Shown piece after piece: positions 61,481 through 64,000 of a stretch of 64,000 nt of DNA (within the stretch, counting starts at the first letter, position 1; every line of letters begins with the position of its first letter). This DNA is from Octopus sinensis (lineage: Eukaryota). Below the pieces are notes generated by a model that saw nothing but the letters and a program-made list of their open reading frames with translations, had not been told where the DNA came from and made no database searches. The DNA lies in contig NC_043005.1 of assembly GCF_006345805.1 (NCBI RefSeq), positions 7,068,001 through 7,132,000 of the forward strand, given 5' to 3'. The position numbers were made by a program, and so were the translations under genes.

Positions 61481-64000
61481 TATCGTAGAACAAATAAGAT
61501 TTTGCAAGAAATGAAAATAACTTGGAAAAAAAAATTGGAAAGAGAATTATAGTAAACTTGAAAACATAATCTAAGGTAAAGTTAAGATACAAATACATCT
61601 TTTTAAACCATGGGGAAAATAAATATCATTATGATGATGATAGTCACTGATATTCACCATTGATATAAAAAAATTCTAATGGCTTGGAAATCAGACATTG
61701 TAGCACACATGAAACAAAAAGCTGGTTATTTTGGAGGGAGTATATATGACTATGATTTGTTGTAGCAATGCAGAAATAGTTGGAAACACAACTTGACTCT
61801 AGACAAAGATGTACAGATGGGAAAACTTCTTTCTGAAGGTTGTATAGGGTTATTGTGCCGAAGAAGAAGAAAAAAAGAATGAAAGAATGCCACCTATAAT
61901 GTAATATAGCATAGTGGAATATATTTGGCTTTGATAGAAGGTTAACAACTATATAAATATAAAATATTTTGGGCTCATAATAGAAATAATATACTGGACA
62001 GCCAACTAAGGATTTGGTGGTGTATATCCTGTCACTAGCATTGTACTATGTTCAGATGACCCAACTCACGTAGTTGTAAGTAGTACAACAGTGAAATGGT
62101 TCAGTGTTATAAGCAGTGAAGCATTGTAAAAGTAATAATGCTGTTGAGTTCAGGTCTTTTTGTGAGCCTGGACCATGCTAGAAGTGCCAACAACACAGCT
62201 CTGTATCACCAACACTTAAGAAAGACTCAAAAATAAATAAATTAATATGAAGAATATGTGGCTTAAAGGAATACTGTGAAATTTCTAAATAGAGTGATCA
62301 AATATTACAAAAGCAGAGAAGAGTGGTAAGTTACAGGGAGTTGTGTAAGAAGACATCAAGTGTATACCACTGATGAAGATAAAAAAAAAAGCAAATTAAT
62401 TAGAGATATAATTTTGCTTGAATAAATGTATTGGAGTTCACGGGTAGCTACTGTTAAACACAAGCAAACTAGGGAAATAAAGAAAAAAACTTCTTACCAA
62501 GGTGATTAATTTAGAATTCATCTATCAACAAAAGAGTTTTCATGTCACAATTTACTTACAAAGAGCTCTTCATTTAAGATAAATTCATTTACTGATACAA
62601 TGTGGAGCAGTTTTTAAATCTAAATCTTAAATATAAACTTATATAATGAATTCAGTACTCTGATAAATAAAAGGATTAAGCATTCTATATTTCTAATGTT
62701 AAAATAGAGCCAAAAAAACAAAAGTCCCAGGAGTTTCCGTAATAGCATTTTTTAAAAGAAATTTACTGTTAATTTGAATTATCATTCATTATCTTATCAT
62801 GTATATATAAATGTAATTTCAAGAAGCTAATAATGAATAAAAGATGAAAGAAATACTTTAATATTTCTCTTATAACCCAGATAAAAAGATAAGAGAATTT
62901 TCTGTTATAATGCATTTTATATGAATTAGATAGTTTTATAAAAGTAGGTTAATTCAATCAAATTAAAATTCAAATTACTTCACATTTTGGTATTTAATAA
63001 AAGAAGGAAAAAAAAACATTATACACATTTGAACAGAAACAATTTGAAACTGATTTGTATATCATTTGTGTAGTAATAATTAAAATAAAGAACAGAAAAA
63101 TGTAATTATATTAAGGTTATCATTTGTTTGGAAATGGCATAGCAACTGGCAATAGTAATTTAGTAGCATTAATGTTTGTGTAAATTCAAGATTAGTTTTA
63201 TTTTTAAACAACCTTAAAATCCGCATCAGTCATCAATTGTTTATGAACAGTGTTTCTGTTCTGTCAAATATTGACATTTAATCAGTGACCAAAACTTTCA
63301 AATCTGTGTCAAATGAGAAACAAAGTCCTAGACTTAAACAGGATCAGAGTGCGAAAGTATTTGAAAATGTTGCAGATTAGATAGCATAATTGAGGTATTA
63401 AGGAGACATTTTTGCATGAGCCTCATTTACTGGGGATCTGCTGGGATTTTTTAGTCGTAAGCTGTTGAAAGATACAAGGTATAAAATTCAATATGACTCT
63501 TCATTTCAGTTTTGTAGGCAATGATAATTTTACCAAGATGCTGGTGAGCATAAATACTGCAGCTAGCATAATGTCAAGATGATAATTTAGATGTTATCCT
63601 GTCAGACGCCTAACACATAAAATTGAACAGAAAGTTATGGATAAATATAACAATTCTTTTCTTGTTGTAGCAATAACATTACCATGTATTCTATCATCAT
63701 TGATTTGTAATTTTTCTATGTAAATCTAATCATAGAAAATGTTAGTAATAAATAAAAGAACAAAGAACAAAAAATGGTGAAAGCAACATAAAAAGTAACA
63801 ACATTTGTAACTGGAATTAGATGTGATCACTTTACTACAGGAAAAATAAGAGTTAAGGAAGAAATATATAACAATGATAACAAATGCTAAAATTTCTAAG
63901 ATAAAAGCCAAAAATCTAAATGAAAATTTAATACATAACACAGAAAGAACACTGGAAGAAAACTTTCCAAATCAGGGAAATGTAAAAATTCCTTAATATT

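Noticed and set aside
63200-63560. Higher-complexity stretch examined as a possible first exon of dve
   Set aside because: I found no ATG-initiated frame ending at a phase-1 GT donor compatible with the acceptor at 58093. It may be UTR or regulatory, but that is unsupported.

Overview
This is a eukaryotic, very AT-rich, microsatellite-dense window. The SINE repertoire and (TA)n/(CA)n/(TAA)n density suggest an octopod cephalopod (Octopus sp.); that assignment is inference, not confirmed. I can support one host gene: a minus-strand defective proventriculus / SATB-family homeobox gene (dve). I reconstructed four coding exons with canonical GT-AG sites and matching phases: 58093-57896, 51679-51553, 40864-40759 and 16086-14377. 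Together they give about 713 aa: ULD/COMPASS domain, CUT-like domain and two atypical K50 homeodomains. The start-codon exon was not found and probably lies beyond 64000. The rest is intron or intergenic sequence filled with mobile DNA: several tRNA-derived SINE families, mariner/Tc1 relics (one full-length with TIRs), piggyBac-type MITEs, RTE and CR1/L2-like LINE fragments, a Penelope-like element, and three divergent restriction-like-endonuclease (R4/Dong-type) retrotransposon fragments, two of them abutting (TAA)n. The best leads are: (i) near-identical inverted SINE pairs bracketing two small frame-shifting dve exons, a possible dsRNA/ADAR/back-splicing control; (ii) long fold-back palindromes in (TA)n, one carrying half a hammerhead-ribozyme motif and one capturing 34 nt of a neighbouring SINE; (iii) a hairpin whose five mismatches are all G.U; (iv) modular SINEs that swap 3' halves at an internal microsatellite; (v) TAA-associated RLE retroelements. 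Most ORFs in the supplied track are microsatellite or SINE artefacts. No CRISPR array, rRNA or genuine tRNA gene was seen.
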